Source of the DNA: Micrococcales bacterium
GTDB taxonomy: Bacteria; Actinomycetota; Actinomycetes; Actinomycetales; Microbacteriaceae
Length of the DNA: 64,000 bases
Assembly: GCA_017306245.1 (NCBI GenBank)
Contig: JAFKIY010000002.1
Location: forward strand, 145,412-209,411
Direction: 5' to 3'
Part shown: positions 1 through 13,680 of the stretch, piece by piece
Layout: each line of letters opens with the position of its first letter
Position numbering within the stretch: position 1 is the first letter of the stretch
The notes under the pieces: generated by a model
The model's input: only the letters and a program-made list of their open reading frames with translations
Told to the model about the DNA's origin: nothing
Databases searched by the model: none
Translations under genes and position numbers: made by a program

Positions 1-111
1 CATGGCGATCGGATACTCCGGGCGTACCCGCCGGTGCACTGTTCCATTGAGGGCGAGCCGCAGCGCTGCACCCACCCCGCCGCCCGCGGCGATCAACAAT
101 GCCGTGATCAC
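1..111 (-). CDS. crcB: CrcB/FluC fluoride channel subunit, second paralog (5' part only, runs off window edge)
   Basis: Own minus-strand translation from GTG at 111-109 gives VITALLIAAGGGVGAALRLALNG..., a CrcB-type N-terminal helix. The GTG overlaps the TGA of the upstream crcB (GTGA). It is absent from the ORF track because it is truncated. Confidence 0.6.
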   Translation of the reverse strand, partial: MITALLIAAGGGVGAALRLALNGTVHRRVRPEYPIAM

Positions 112-695
112 TGGGCCACCACCGCGGTTCGCTTCCCGATCCGCCGCCGCCATCGTGCGGCCGCAAAGATCCCGAGCCACGTGGCGAGCGCCCCGAGGAC
201 GATTGTCACAAGCCCATAGGAAACAGCCAGCACAGGGTTGCCGTGCTCGGCCACGGACACGATGTCGAGCGCGAGCTCGGCATAACTCGTCAACGCGCCA
301 AGGAAGCCGACGCCCACCATGAGTCGGAGCGAGCGCCGCCGAGCGGTCTCCGTTCCCTCCGAAAGCGACTGCAGGAGCATCCCGAGGAAAAACGGACCGA
401 GGATGTTGACCGCCGCCGTGCCCACGGACAGCGACTGCCACATCGGCGCGATCAGGGTCAGGCCGAAACGTGCCAGTGCGCCCAGCGCGCCACCGGCCGC
501 CGCGAGCGCGAGATAGCTGGGGCGGATGCGCACTGCCACCGGTACCCCGACGACCGTCCGCGTGACCTCGACGTCGCTGTGCATCGGCAGCAACGCGCGG
601 GAGCGACGCCACAGACGGCTGAACCGCCGCCACCAGCGGGGCGGCCCATGCTGCGGTTGTTCGCTTTCCTCCACCGATCGATTATCGCCCGTCAT
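108..695 (-). CDS. crcB: CrcB/FluC fluoride ion channel subunit
   Basis: 195-aa ORF with GALGALARF and GTAAVNILGPF motifs and about 4 TM helices. Its ATG overlaps the stop of the upstream gene (ATGA at 692-695). It has an Arg/Trp-rich N-terminal extension of about 60 aa. An alternative start is the ATG at 584. Confidence 0.85.
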   Translation of the reverse strand: MTGDNRSVEESEQPQHGPPRWWRRFSRLWRRSRALLPMHSDVEVTRTVVGVPVAVRIRPSYLALAAAGGALGALARFGLTLIAPMWQSLSVGTAAVNILGPFFLGMLLQSLSEGTETARRRSLRLMVGVGFLGALTSYAELALDIVSVAEHGNPVLAVSYGLVTIVLGALATWLGIFAAARWRRRIGKRTAVVAQ

Positions 696-1831
696 CCCCC
701 GGGGACGAGCGCAATTTGCAGGAGCTTGTCATCGCCCGAGCGTGGGCTGCCGCGCCCGTCGGTGTTGTTGGTGAGCACCCACAGGCTGCCGTCCGGCCCA
801 GGCACCGCGTCGCGCAGGCGGCCGAACTCGCCCGCGTACCACGCGGTGGAGTGGGGGGTGCCGGCGGTGTAGATCGCCCACAGGCGCTGGCCGCGGAGCG
901 AGGCGAGGAAGAAGGTGCCAGACACGTACGCCAGCCCGCTCGGACTCGCTTCGGACGTCGCCCACTGGAGCACGGGGTCGACGAAACCGGGCGTGCCGCC
1001 GATTCCTTCGACGGCCGGCCAGCCGTAATTCTTTCCCGCCTCGATCCGATTGAACTCGTCCCACGTGTTCTGGCCGAACTCCGATGCCCACAACTGTCCG
1101 CTCGAATCCCAGGCGAGCCCCTGCGGATTCCGGTGCCCGAACGAGTACACGAGCGATCCGGGGAACGGATTGTCCGACGGCACGCTGCCGTCGGGGTTCA
1201 TCCGGAGGATCTTGCCGTTGGGCGAGGAGAGGTCCTGCGAGCGGGACGGCTGCCCCGCGTCGCCCACCGTCGCGTAGAGCTTGCCATCCGGGCCGAACGC
1301 GATCCGGCCGCCGTTGTGGTTGCCTGCTCGTGCCAGACCGGTCACTATCGTCTGCTGGCTTCCGAGACGGTAGCTGCCCGGGTCGCCGAGGAGCGGCATG
1401 CGCACGATCCGATTGTCGTTTGACGTCGTGTAGTAGGCGTACAGGTAGTCGGGGGTACCGGTGTCGAGCACCGCGAGGCCGAGGAGGCCGCCCTCGCCGC
1501 CGTGGGCGACTCCCTCGACGGTCGTGACTAGGCGTACGGCGCCGGCCGCCGTGTACTCGAGGATATTCCCCGTGTCGCGCTCGCTGATGAGCGCCGAACC
1601 GGTGGCGAGCCGCACGACCGACCACGGAGCGGACAGTCCGGTGATCAGCACGGTGGGGGAACCGGAGGGCATCACCGGCCCGGGAAACGGAGTGGCGGTG
1701 GGTGGAGTGGAGGGGGACGCAGTAGGCGACGGGGCCGGAACTGCGCTCGGCTCCCGGGGAACCGCCGGAGCGCACCCCGCCAGGGCAAGGGCGAGCATGC
1801 CCGCCACCACGCTCAAAAACGGCTTCCGCAT
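692..1831 (-). CDS. PQQ-dependent sugar (glucose/sorbosone) dehydrogenase-like lipoprotein
   Basis: 379-aa ORF. Lipobox LALAGC lies near the N-terminus. The GHRNPQGLAWD and NYGWP motifs are typical of the soluble aldose sugar dehydrogenase beta-propeller family. Confidence 0.8.
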   Translation of the reverse strand: MRKPFLSVVAGMLALALAGCAPAVPREPSAVPAPSPTASPSTPPTATPFPGPVMPSGSPTVLITGLSAPWSVVRLATGSALISERDTGNILEYTAAGAVRLVTTVEGVAHGGEGGLLGLAVLDTGTPDYLYAYYTTSNDNRIVRMPLLGDPGSYRLGSQQTIVTGLARAGNHNGGRIAFGPDGKLYATVGDAGQPSRSQDLSSPNGKILRMNPDGSVPSDNPFPGSLVYSFGHRNPQGLAWDSSGQLWASEFGQNTWDEFNRIEAGKNYGWPAVEGIGGTPGFVDPVLQWATSEASPSGLAYVSGTFFLASLRGQRLWAIYTAGTPHSTAWYAGEFGRLRDAVPGPDGSLWVLTNNTDGRGSPRSGDDKLLQIALVPGG

Positions 1832-1886
1832 ACGTCCATCATTCAGGAGTTTGCGGGAGCGGTGGGGTGGATGTTGCGAATTCTCG

Positions 1887-2771
1887 CTAAGGACGCGTGC
1901 GGAACACGCTCGCGGAGGGGAGGGGGGAGGCCACCGCCGTCGAGTCGGTGACGACCGGGGCGCCCGCCGTCCAGTCCTTCAGCTCCCGGCCGGTGAGAAT
2001 CTTCGAGGGGTGGGGACCGCCGGCAAGCAGCCGCGGCAGCCAGTCGAGCGGGAGCGGTGTGCGGGATCCCACCAGCACGACGTTTCCGAAGCGGCGACCC
2101 TTCAGGATGTTCGGCTCGGCGAGGGCCGCCACGTGCTCGACGGCACTGCCCAGGGTCGCCGACTGGCCGCGGGCGAACGCGAGTCCCGGCCCGTCCGCCA
2201 CGTTCACGAGAACGATCCCGTCCACCGAAAGCAGGGGGACGATGGATTGGTAGAACTCCGCGCTGGTCACGTGCGCGGGGGTGCGCGCGCCGGAGAAAAC
2301 ATCCACGATGACAAGGTCGACCGCTCCCAGAAGCCCATTCGGCAGGCGGGTCAGGACTTCCCTCGCGTCCCCATACCGCAGCCGAATCGACGCCTGCCGC
2401 GACCAGGGAAGCGCCGAGCGGACCAGATCCACCAGATCGCTCTCCAACTCGATGACCTGCTGCCGCGACCCGGGCCTGGTTGCTTCGATGTAGCGCGGGA
2501 GGGTGAGGGCGCCCGCGCCGAGGTGCACCGCGGTGATCGGTTCGCCCGGCAGGCCGAGCCGGTCGATTACGATGCCCATCCGCTGCACGTACTCGAAGAA
2601 GAGCTGGGTGGGGTCGTCCAGGTTCACGTGCGATTGCGGCGTGCCGTCGACAACGAGGGTGTACGCGCCCGGCACCCAGCGGTCGGGTTCGATCACGGCC
2701 CGATATCCGCTGGACTTCAGCACGATGGACCGATTTACCTTCACATTCCGACACTGCCACAATTGACTCAT
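1887..2771 (-). CDS. Spermidine synthase-like class I SAM-dependent transferase
   Basis: ORF 1887..2831. The body (LVVDGTPQSHVNLDDPTQLFFEYVQ..., HLGAGALTLPRY, VIVDVF) resembles the spermidine/spermine synthase family. The start is taken as the ATG at 2771 (MSQLW...). The upstream ATG at 2831 is also possible. Confidence 0.65.
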   Translation of the reverse strand: MSQLWQCRNVKVNRSIVLKSSGYRAVIEPDRWVPGAYTLVVDGTPQSHVNLDDPTQLFFEYVQRMGIVIDRLGLPGEPITAVHLGAGALTLPRYIEATRPGSRQQVIELESDLVDLVRSALPWSRQASIRLRYGDAREVLTRLPNGLLGAVDLVIVDVFSGARTPAHVTSAEFYQSIVPLLSVDGIVLVNVADGPGLAFARGQSATLGSAVEHVAALAEPNILKGRRFGNVVLVGSRTPLPLDWLPRLLAGGPHPSKILTGRELKDWTAGAPVVTDSTAVASPLPSASVFRTRP

Positions 2772-3774
2772 GACCGCACCGAAGCGCGACCTCCCGCCGG
2801 GCATGCGCGCGCAACTCGACTCCTCGTCCATTCACGGCCCCGCCACGTTCGGAATGCGACCGCTGCTGACCGAGCCGGAGCAGCTCGACGAGTGGCAACC
2901 GGATGTCGCGATCGTCGGTGCGCCGTGGGACGACAACACGACGAACCGCCCCGGTGCGCGGTTCGGCCCGCGCGCGATGCGGGCCAACGCGTACGACCCT
3001 GGCACGTACCACCTCGACCTGCAGGTGGAGATGTTCGACCACCTCGAGGTGGTCGACTACGGCGACGCGATCATGAGCCACGGCATGTGGGAGGCCTCGA
3101 AGGAGGCGATCCACCAGCGGGTTTCCGAGATCGCCAGCCGCGGCATCATCCCGATCATCCTCGGCGGCGATCATTCGATCACGTGGCCGGCGGCGACCGC
3201 GGTCGCCGAACACCACGGTTTCGGCAACGTCGGCATGATCCACTTCGACGCCCACGCAGACACGGCAAACGAGATCGACGGAAATCTCGCGAGCCACGGT
3301 TCGCCCATGCGCCGCCTCATCGAGTCGGGCGCGATCCCCGGTCACAACTTCATCCAGGTGGGTCTGCGCGGCTACTGGCCGGGCGAGGAAGACCAGAAGT
3401 GGATGCGCGACAACGGCCTGCGCCACCACACGATGCAGGAGGTGTGGGAGCGGGGCGCGAAGGAGGTCATGAAGGATGTCGTCGCCGAAGCCCTCGACGG
3501 CACGGATGCGATCTACCTCTCCATCGACATCGATGTTCTCGACCCCGGATTCGCACCGGCCACCGGCACTCCGGCTCCCGGCGGATTCGCGCCCATCGAC
3601 CTGCTCCGCATTGTTCGTCAGATCGTGCTGGATACGAACGTGGTCGCCATGGACGTCATGGAGGTTGCTCCCGCGTACGACCACGCCGACATCACCGTCA
3701 ACAACGCGCACGGCCTTATCTGGGAGGCGCTCGCGGCGATGGCGTACAAAAACCGCGCGAAGGATGCCGGCTGA
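2770..3774 (+). CDS. speB: Agmatinase (arginase/ureohydrolase family)
   Basis: 334-aa ORF with the Mn-binding motifs GGDHSITWP, HFDAHADT and SIDIDVLDP of the ureohydrolase family. Confidence 0.85.
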   Translation: MTAPKRDLPPGMRAQLDSSSIHGPATFGMRPLLTEPEQLDEWQPDVAIVGAPWDDNTTNRPGARFGPRAMRANAYDPGTYHLDLQVEMFDHLEVVDYGDAIMSHGMWEASKEAIHQRVSEIASRGIIPIILGGDHSITWPAATAVAEHHGFGNVGMIHFDAHADTANEIDGNLASHGSPMRRLIESGAIPGHNFIQVGLRGYWPGEEDQKWMRDNGLRHHTMQEVWERGAKEVMKDVVAEALDGTDAIYLSIDIDVLDPGFAPATGTPAPGGFAPIDLLRIVRQIVLDTNVVAMDVMEVAPAYDHADITVNNAHGLIWEALAAMAYKNRAKDAG

Positions 3775-3784
3775 GGATGGGTTC

Positions 3785-3807
3785 CCGGCGGCCGAGACGG
3801 CCGCCGG
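3785..3807 (+). terminator. GC-rich hairpin 3' of speB
   Basis: ccggcggcc-gagac-ggccgccgg, a 9-bp perfect stem, starts 11 nt after the stop codon. There is no T-tract. Confidence 0.45.
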
Positions 3808-3858
3808 CGCTGGCGTCGCCCAAAGGCCAGAAATGGCCTTCGCTTCATGCTCCAGCGC
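3807..3858 (+). repeat. REP-like palindromic element, copy A (core GGCCAGAAATGGCC at 3825-3838)
   Basis: gcgctgg...GGCCAGAAATGGCC...ccagcgc. The flanks align with the reverse complement of the copies at 26896 and 45657. Confidence 0.6.
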
Positions 3859-3896
3859 GCTTATAGCGCAGAATCCGAATGCGGTCAAGAATTAAG

Positions 3897-3925
3897 TGGA
3901 CACGTCGCCGAATTCGTCCTATAGT
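3897..3925 (+). promoter_or_regulatory. Candidate sigma-70-type promoter upstream of rpoB
   Basis: TGGACA-N17-TATAGT in a locally AT-richer stretch, about 175 nt upstream of the rpoB start. Motif match only. Confidence 0.3.
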
Positions 3926-4100
3926 TGTTCCTTGCGCTCCCAGATGTTCTCTGCCTTCATATTGCGGTCGGCCGCGCGTGCCAGGACAGTTCGGTCCCTC
4001 GGCACTACTCCATGGGTTCAGTCCCGTGGGATCTGGTGAGACGTGAAGCCCACATATCACCGACTGTAACCGGCCATGACGGCCACCGGAGGTTATTTCC

Positions 4101-7100
4101 TTGGCTGCTGCGCGCAACGCATCCACCTCGAATTCATCCAAGAAGCCCCTCAAGAACGGTCGCTCCGCCGAGCGTCTCTCGTTCGCGAAGATCACAGACA
4201 CGCTGACAGTTCCCGATCTGCTCGCACTGCAGACGGAGAGCTTCGACTGGCTTGTGGGCAACGACCTGTGGAAGGAGCGCGCGGCCGAAGCGAAAGCCGC
4301 CGGGCGCCAGGACCTTCCGTCCCTCACCGGACTCGAGGAGATCTTCGAAGAGATCTCCCCCATCGAGGACCTTGGCGAGACGATGCAGCTCTCCTTCACG
4401 AACCCGTTCCTCGAGGAGAAGAAGTACACGATCGACGAGTGCAAGGAGAAGGGCAAGACCTACTCCGCGCCGCTCTACGTCGAGGCCGAGTTCATGAACC
4501 ACCTCACCGGTGAGATCAAGACTCAGACCGTGTTCATGGGCGACTTCCCGCTCATGACCCCGAAGGGCACGTTCGTGATCAACGGCACGGAGCGCGTCGT
4601 CGTGTCGCAGCTCGTGCGCTCCCCCGGCGTCTACTTCGACCGCGCGCAGGAGAAGACCTCCGACAAGGACATCTACTCCGCCCGCATCATCCCGAGCCGT
4701 GGTGCCTGGCTCGAGTTCGAGATCGACAAGCGCGACCAGGTCGGCGTTCGCATCGACCGCAAGCGCAAGCAGTCGGTGACCGTCTTCCTGAAGGCGCTCG
4801 GCATGACGAGCGAAGAAATCCTCGAGACGTTCAAGGGATACGCCTCCATCGAAGCGACCCTCGAGAAGGACGCCATCCTCACCAAGGAAGAGGCGCTCAA
4901 GGACATCTACCGCAAACTGCGCCCGGGCGAGCAGGTTGCCGCCGAGGCCGCGCGCGCGCTCCTGGACAACTTCTACTTCAACTCGAAGCGCTACGACCTC
5001 GCGAAGGTTGGCCGGTACAAGATCAACCGCAAGCTCGGGATTGAAGCCCCGCTGGCGAACTCGGTGCTCAGCCAGGAAGACATCATCGCGACAATCAAGT
5101 ACCTCGTCGCCCTGCACGAAGAGCAGAAGACGATTCCGGGCACCCGCAACGGCAAGAAGGTGGACATCCGCCTCGACGTCGACGACATCGACCACTTCGG
5201 CAACCGCCGGATCCGCGCCGTCGGCGAGCTCATCCAGAACCAGGTGCGCACCGGGCTTTCCCGCATGGAGCGCGTCGTTCGCGAGCGGATGACGACGCAG
5301 GACATCGAGGCGATCACCCCGCAGACGCTCATCAACGTGCGCCCCGTCGTCGCGGCCATCAAGGAGTTCTTCGGAACCTCCCAGCTGTCGCAGTTCATGG
5401 ATCAGAACAACCCGCTCGCTGGGCTCACCCACAAGCGCCGCCTCTCCGCGCTCGGCCCCGGCGGCCTCAGCCGCGAGCGCGCCGGCGTCGAGGTGCGCGA
5501 CGTTCACCCGTCGCACTACGGCCGCATGTGCCCGATCGAAACTCCGGAAGGCCCGAACATCGGCCTGATCGGCTCGCTCGCGTCCTTCGCGCGCATCAAC
5601 TCGTTCGGGTTCATCGAGACCCCGTACCGCCGCGTCGTCAAGGGCAAGGTCACGGACACGATCGACTACCTCACCGCGAGCGAAGAAGACGAGTTCGTCG
5701 TCGCCCAGGCCAACGCGCCGCTCACGAGCGACTCCCGTTTCGCCGAAGACCGGGTTCTCGCCCGCTCCAAGGGCGGAGAGGTCGACCTGTTCCCCGTCGA
5801 GGAAATCGGCTACATGGATGTCTCGCCGCGCCAGATGGTGTCGGTCGCGACGTCCCTCATCCCGTTCCTCGAGCACGACGACGCGAACCGTGCTCTCATG
5901 GGCGCGAACATGCAGCGTCAGGCCGTTCCGCTCCTCATGAGCGAAAGCCCGCTCGTCGGAACCGGCATGGAGGGCTACGCCGCCATCGACGCAGGAGACG
6001 TTCTCACTGCGGATGCCGCGGGCGTCGTTTCCGAAGTGTCGGCGGACGTCGTCACCATCCAGCTCGACGCCGGGGGCACCAGGGACTACTACCTGCGCAA
6101 GTTCGACCGCTCCAACCAGGGCACGAGCTACAACCACCGCGTGATCGTCAACGAGGGCGACCGGGTCGAGGTCGGCGAGGTCATCGCCGACGGTCCCGCG
6201 ACCGAGAACGGCGAGCTCGCGCTCGGCAAGAACCTTCTCGTCGCGTTCATGCCGTGGGAGGGCCACAACTTCGAGGACGCGATCATCCTCAGCCAGAACC
6301 TGGTGAAGGACGACGTGCTCTCCTCGATTCACATCGAGGAGTACGAGGTCGATGCCCGCGACACGAAGCTCGGCAAGGAGGAGATCACCCGTGACCTCCC
6401 CAATGTGAGCCCCGAACTGCTCGCGGATCTCGACGAGCGCGGGATCATCCGCATCGGCGCCGAGGTGAACCCCGGCGACATCCTCGTCGGCAAGGTCACG
6501 CCGAAGGGTGAGACCGAGCTTTCCGCCGAGGAGCGCCTGCTGCGCGCGATCTTCAACGAGAAGAGCCGCGAGGTTCGCGACACGAGCCTCAAGGTTCCGC
6601 ACGGTGAAGCGGGCACGATCATCGGCGTGAAGGTGTTCGACGCGACGGATGGCGACGATGAGCTCGGCTCCGGAGTCAACCAGCGCGTCGTGGTGTTCAT
6701 CGCCCAGAAGCGGAAGATCACCGAAGGTGACAAGCTGGCCGGCCGTCACGGCAACAAGGGCGTCATCTCCAAGATCCTGCCCGTCGAGGACATGCCGTTC
6801 CTCGCCGACGGGACGCCGGTCGACATCATCCTGAACCCGCTCGGCATCCCCGGCCGCATGAACTTCGGCCAGGTGCTGGAGACCCACCTCGGCTGGGTGG
6901 CCAAGCAGGGTTGGGAAGTCGAAGGCAAGCCGAAGTGGGCTGCGACGATTCCGGACAACGCCCTCAAGGCCGCGCCGGGGACGAAGGTTGCTACGCCCGT
7001 GTTCGACGGCGCAGCGGAGGCCGAGATCGAGGGACTCCTCAACTCGACCACGAAGACCCGCGACGGCGATCGGCTCATCGACTCCACCGGCAAGACCCGG

Positions 7101-7607
7101 TTGTTCGACGGTCGGAGCGGCGAGCCGTTCCCGGAGCCTGTCTCCGTCGGCTACATGTACATCCTGAAGCTGCACCACCTTGTCGACGACAAGATCCACG
7201 CGCGCTCCACGGGACCGTACTCGATGATCACGCAGCAGCCCCTGGGCGGAAAGGCCCAGTTCGGCGGCCAGCGGTTCGGCGAGATGGAGGTGTGGGCGCT
7301 CGAGGCATACGGTGCCGCGTACGCGCTGCAGGAGCTCCTCACGATCAAGTCGGACGACATCCTCGGCCGCGTCAAGGTGTACGAGGCGATCGTCAAGGGC
7401 GAGAACATCCAGGAGCCCGGCATCCCGGAGAGCTTCAAGGTGCTCATCAAGGAAATGCAGTCGCTGTGCCTGAACGTCGAGGTGCTGTCCTCGGACGGCC
7501 AGGCGGTCAGCCTCAAGGACACGGATGACGAGGTGTTCCGCGCCGCGGAAGAACTCGGCATCAACATCTCCGCCCGGTTCGAGAACTCGTCCATCGACGA
7601 GATCTGA
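4101..7607 (+). CDS. rpoB: DNA-directed RNA polymerase subunit beta
   Basis: 1168-aa ORF with a TTG start preceded by GGAGG. Contains the conserved rifampicin-region sequence [32 protein letters not shown] plus GRHGNKGV and other beta-subunit blocks. Confidence 0.98.
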   Translation: MAAARNASTSNSSKKPLKNGRSAERLSFAKITDTLTVPDLLALQTESFDWLVGNDLWKERAAEAKAAGRQDLPSLTGLEEIFEEISPIEDLGETMQLSFTNPFLEEKKYTIDECKEKGKTYSAPLYVEAEFMNHLTGEIKTQTVFMGDFPLMTPKGTFVINGTERVVVSQLVRSPGVYFDRAQEKTSDKDIYSARIIPSRGAWLEFEIDKRDQVGVRIDRKRKQSVTVFLKALGMTSEEILETFKGYASIEATLEKDAILTKEEALKDIYRKLRPGEQVAAEAARALLDNFYFNSKRYDLAKVGRYKINRKLGIEAPLANSVLSQEDIIATIKYLVALHEEQKTIPGTRNGKKVDIRLDVDDIDHFGNRRIRAVGELIQNQVRTGLSRMERVVRERMTTQDIEAITPQTLINVRPVVAAIKEFFGTSQLSQFMDQNNPLAGLTHKRRLSALGPGGLSRERAGVEVRDVHPSHYGRMCPIETPEGPNIGLIGSLASFARINSFGFIETPYRRVVKGKVTDTIDYLTASEEDEFVVAQANAPLTSDSRFAEDRVLARSKGGEVDLFPVEEIGYMDVSPRQMVSVATSLIPFLEHDDANRALMGANMQRQAVPLLMSESPLVGTGMEGYAAIDAGDVLTADAAGVVSEVSADVVTIQLDAGGTRDYYLRKFDRSNQGTSYNHRVIVNEGDRVEVGEVIADGPATENGELALGKNLLVAFMPWEGHNFEDAIILSQNLVKDDVLSSIHIEEYEVDARDTKLGKEEITRDLPNVSPELLADLDERGIIRIGAEVNPGDILVGKVTPKGETELSAEERLLRAIFNEKSREVRDTSLKVPHGEAGTIIGVKVFDATDGDDELGSGVNQRVVVFIAQKRKITEGDKLAGRHGNKGVISKILPVEDMPFLADGTPVDIILNPLGIPGRMNFGQVLETHLGWVAKQGWEVEGKPKWAATIPDNALKAAPGTKVATPVFDGAAEAEIEGLLNSTTKTRDGDRLIDSTGKTRLFDGRSGEPFPEPVSVGYMYILKLHHLVDDKIHARSTGPYSMITQQPLGGKAQFGGQRFGEMEVWALEAYGAAYALQELLTIKSDDILGRVKVYEAIVKGENIQEPGIPESFKVLIKEMQSLCLNVEVLSSDGQAVSLKDTDDEVFRAAEELGINISARFENSSIDEI

Positions 7608-7653
7608 TTCCGCCCATCAAATTCGATCACAAGTTTTAGTACTAGGAGAAAAA

Positions 7654-11550
<3,897 letters not shown>

Positions 11551-11555
11551 GCGCC

Positions 11556-11680
11556 GGGAGCGTGACGCAGGGATAGTTTAATCTGCGAGCGAGTTTTGAG
11601 AGCCTGGGCTGGATCCTTGCGGTCCGGACCAGGCTCTCAATGTTTGAGCGGAGGATTGACTATCCCTGCGTCACGCTCCC
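11556..11680. repeat. 125-bp nested inverted-repeat element immediately 3' of rpoC
   Basis: The outer arms gggagcgtgacgcagggatagt (11556-11577) and actatccctgcgtcacgctccc (11659-11680) are perfect 22-bp reverse complements. The inner hairpin ttgagagcctgg (11596-11607) / ccaggctctcaa (11629-11640) is a 12-bp perfect stem. Confidence 0.75.
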
Positions 11681-11975
11681 AGCTCAACCGGTACTTCCGC
11701 GACGACGCCCCATCGGTGACGACCTGCCCCAACCATGACGGCCGTTGTCCCTCATGACCCCGAACGTTCGCCGGCACGAAGAACAAACCACGTCATGGTC
11801 GAGGTCCTTGAGGGCTGACGCGGCCACCAGCGAGATCCCGGCGCCGTATACCCCCCGATAGCGGGTATGGCGCGCAACGACACGCGCGAGTTAGATTTGC
11901 CTCTCGGCGCGGTTTCTTCGCTCAACCCGAATCGAGGGGTGCGCCGTTGGGGGAACAACTTTAGGGGGAAGTTCC

Positions 11976-13646
11976 GTGGCTTCATTGACCGAGATTCTGA
12001 TTCTTCGTGGCGTCATGCCGATCGAGAGTCTCGACACCGTTTCCGGTGGGTGGGGAGAGGAAGAGAACTCTGTCCGCGCCCTGATCGATCAGGGAGTACT
12101 AACTGAAGCTCAGGTAGCGTCCGCGCGTGCGGCCCTTGCAGGCCTGCCGTTCGTGGAGCTGCTGGAATACCCGGTCGATCGCACTGCAGTATCTCTTGTA
12201 GCAGCCTCGCTGTGCCGCCGTCATGAGGTCTTGCCGATCGCCATGAGTGAGGACTCCCTAACACTCGCCATGGTCGACCCCGGCAACGTCTTCGCCATTG
12301 ACGACGTGCGCGCGGCAACGCGCATGCAGATCCATCTCGTCGTTGCGGAACGCAGCGACCTGATCAGTGCGATCGACCGCTTCCACCGCGCGGACGGTGA
12401 ACTCAGCGACCTTACGACGGAGCTCGAGGAGGAAAACGCCGGCACCGATCTCGCGCTGGTCGGCACGCAGGAGCCGCAGCAGGATGACGCGCCCATCGTG
12501 CGTTTCGTCAACCTGCTCATCAGCCAGGCCATCCAGGACCGCGCCTCGGATATCCACATCGAGCCGGCGGAACGGCAACTCAATGTCCGGTACCGCATCG
12601 ACGGCGTTCTGCACGAAATGCAGCAGGCGCCGAGGACCATCCAGAACGGCGTGATCTCCCGTCTCAAGATCATGAGCGACATCGACATAGCGGAGCGCCG
12701 CAAGCCTCAGGACGGCCGCATGTCGGTCAGCCACGGCGGACGCAAGATCGACCTGCGCGTCGCAACCCTGCCCACCGTGTGGGGAGAGAAAGTCGTCATG
12801 CGTATCCTCGACAACGCGGAGTCGACCATGTCGCTCAACGACCTCGCGATGCTCGACGAAAACATGACTGCGTTCCGGTCGTCGTTCACGAAACCGTACG
12901 GCATGATCCTCGTGACGGGACCGACCGGTTCGGGTAAGTCAACGACTCTGTATACGACCCTGCACGCCGTGGCGAAGCCGGAGATCAACGTCATCACGGT
13001 CGAGGACCCGGTCGAATATCGGATGCCGGGAATCAACCAGGTCCAGGTCAACCCGAAGGCGGGCCTCACGTTCGCGAGCGCGCTGCGCAGCATCCTGCGG
13101 TCCGACCCCGATGTTGTGCTGATCGGTGAGATCCGCGACCAGGAGACAGCGCAGATCGCCATTGAGGCGGCGCTCACCGGCCACCTCGTGCTGTCGACGC
13201 TGCACACGAACGATGCGCCAAGCGCAGTGACCCGTCTCACCGAAATGGACATCGAGCCGTTCCTGGTCGGTTCCGCTCTGGACTGCGTGGTTGCCCAGCG
13301 ACTTGCACGTCGGCTGTGCGACAGATGCAAGGGGGCGTACCAGCCCAACCCGAACGATCTCGCGAACCTACGGGTGGGGTTCGAGCCCAGCCAGCCGATC
13401 CCCACGCTGTTCCAGCCGGTCGGATGCCAGACCTGCTCGGGGACCGGCTACCGCGGACGCATCGCGGTGCACGAGGTGATGCTCGTGACGGAAGAGATCG
13501 AGCGCCTGGCGGTGGAGCGGGCCTCCGCCGCGGAAATCGCTCGCACTGCCCGTTCCCAGGGGATGATCCCGCTGCGGTTGGACGGCTGGATGAAAGCACA
13601 AATGGGGCTCACATCGGTCGAAGAGATTTTGCGAGTCGTGGCCTGA
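11976..13646 (+). CDS. pilB: Type IV pilus assembly (extension) ATPase PilB/GspE family
   Basis: 556-aa ORF. N-terminal GspE-N-like domain, Walker A GPTGSGKST, and a tetracysteine motif CDRC...CQTCSGTGYRGR typical of PilB/GspE. Confidence 0.9.
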   Translation: MASLTEILILRGVMPIESLDTVSGGWGEEENSVRALIDQGVLTEAQVASARAALAGLPFVELLEYPVDRTAVSLVAASLCRRHEVLPIAMSEDSLTLAMVDPGNVFAIDDVRAATRMQIHLVVAERSDLISAIDRFHRADGELSDLTTELEEENAGTDLALVGTQEPQQDDAPIVRFVNLLISQAIQDRASDIHIEPAERQLNVRYRIDGVLHEMQQAPRTIQNGVISRLKIMSDIDIAERRKPQDGRMSVSHGGRKIDLRVATLPTVWGEKVVMRILDNAESTMSLNDLAMLDENMTAFRSSFTKPYGMILVTGPTGSGKSTTLYTTLHAVAKPEINVITVEDPVEYRMPGINQVQVNPKAGLTFASALRSILRSDPDVVLIGEIRDQETAQIAIEAALTGHLVLSTLHTNDAPSAVTRLTEMDIEPFLVGSALDCVVAQRLARRLCDRCKGAYQPNPNDLANLRVGFEPSQPIPTLFQPVGCQTCSGTGYRGRIAVHEVMLVTEEIERLAVERASAAEIARTARSQGMIPLRLDGWMKAQMGLTSVEEILRVVA

Positions 13647-13680
13647 GTTTTTGGTCCACAAGGTCCTGAGGGGGAACCTG

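Noticed and set aside
1832-1886. Fluoride riboswitch upstream of the dehydrogenase-crcB-crcB operon
   Set aside because: The 55-nt spacer has a CUGAAUGAUGG stretch loosely resembling the 3' part of the crcB motif. It lacks the 5' GGNGAUGG / pseudoknot partner and the AACCGCC-like segment. A covariance-model scan would be needed to revive this.
1461-3888. Long ORFs 1461..3866 (+, 801 aa) and 1843..3888 (-, 681 aa) spanning several real genes
   Set aside because: They cross the boundaries of well-supported genes (spermidine-synthase-like, agmatinase). They are Arg/Pro/Gly-rich low-complexity translations with no motifs.
4134-7199. 1021-aa ORF antisense to rpoB, and similarly 7642..11103 antisense to rpoC (1153 aa)
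   Set aside because: These are typical high-GC artefacts, because stop codons are rare in antisense frames. The translations are Arg/Ala/Gly/Val-rich with no recognisable motifs, and the sense strand encodes unmistakable RpoB/RpoC.
11752-11985. 77-aa minus-strand ORF, and the + strand ORF 11867..12106, in the rpoC-pilB spacer
   Set aside because: There are no motifs and no RBS, the ORFs overlap each other and the pilB start, and the composition is typical of random high-GC ORFs.
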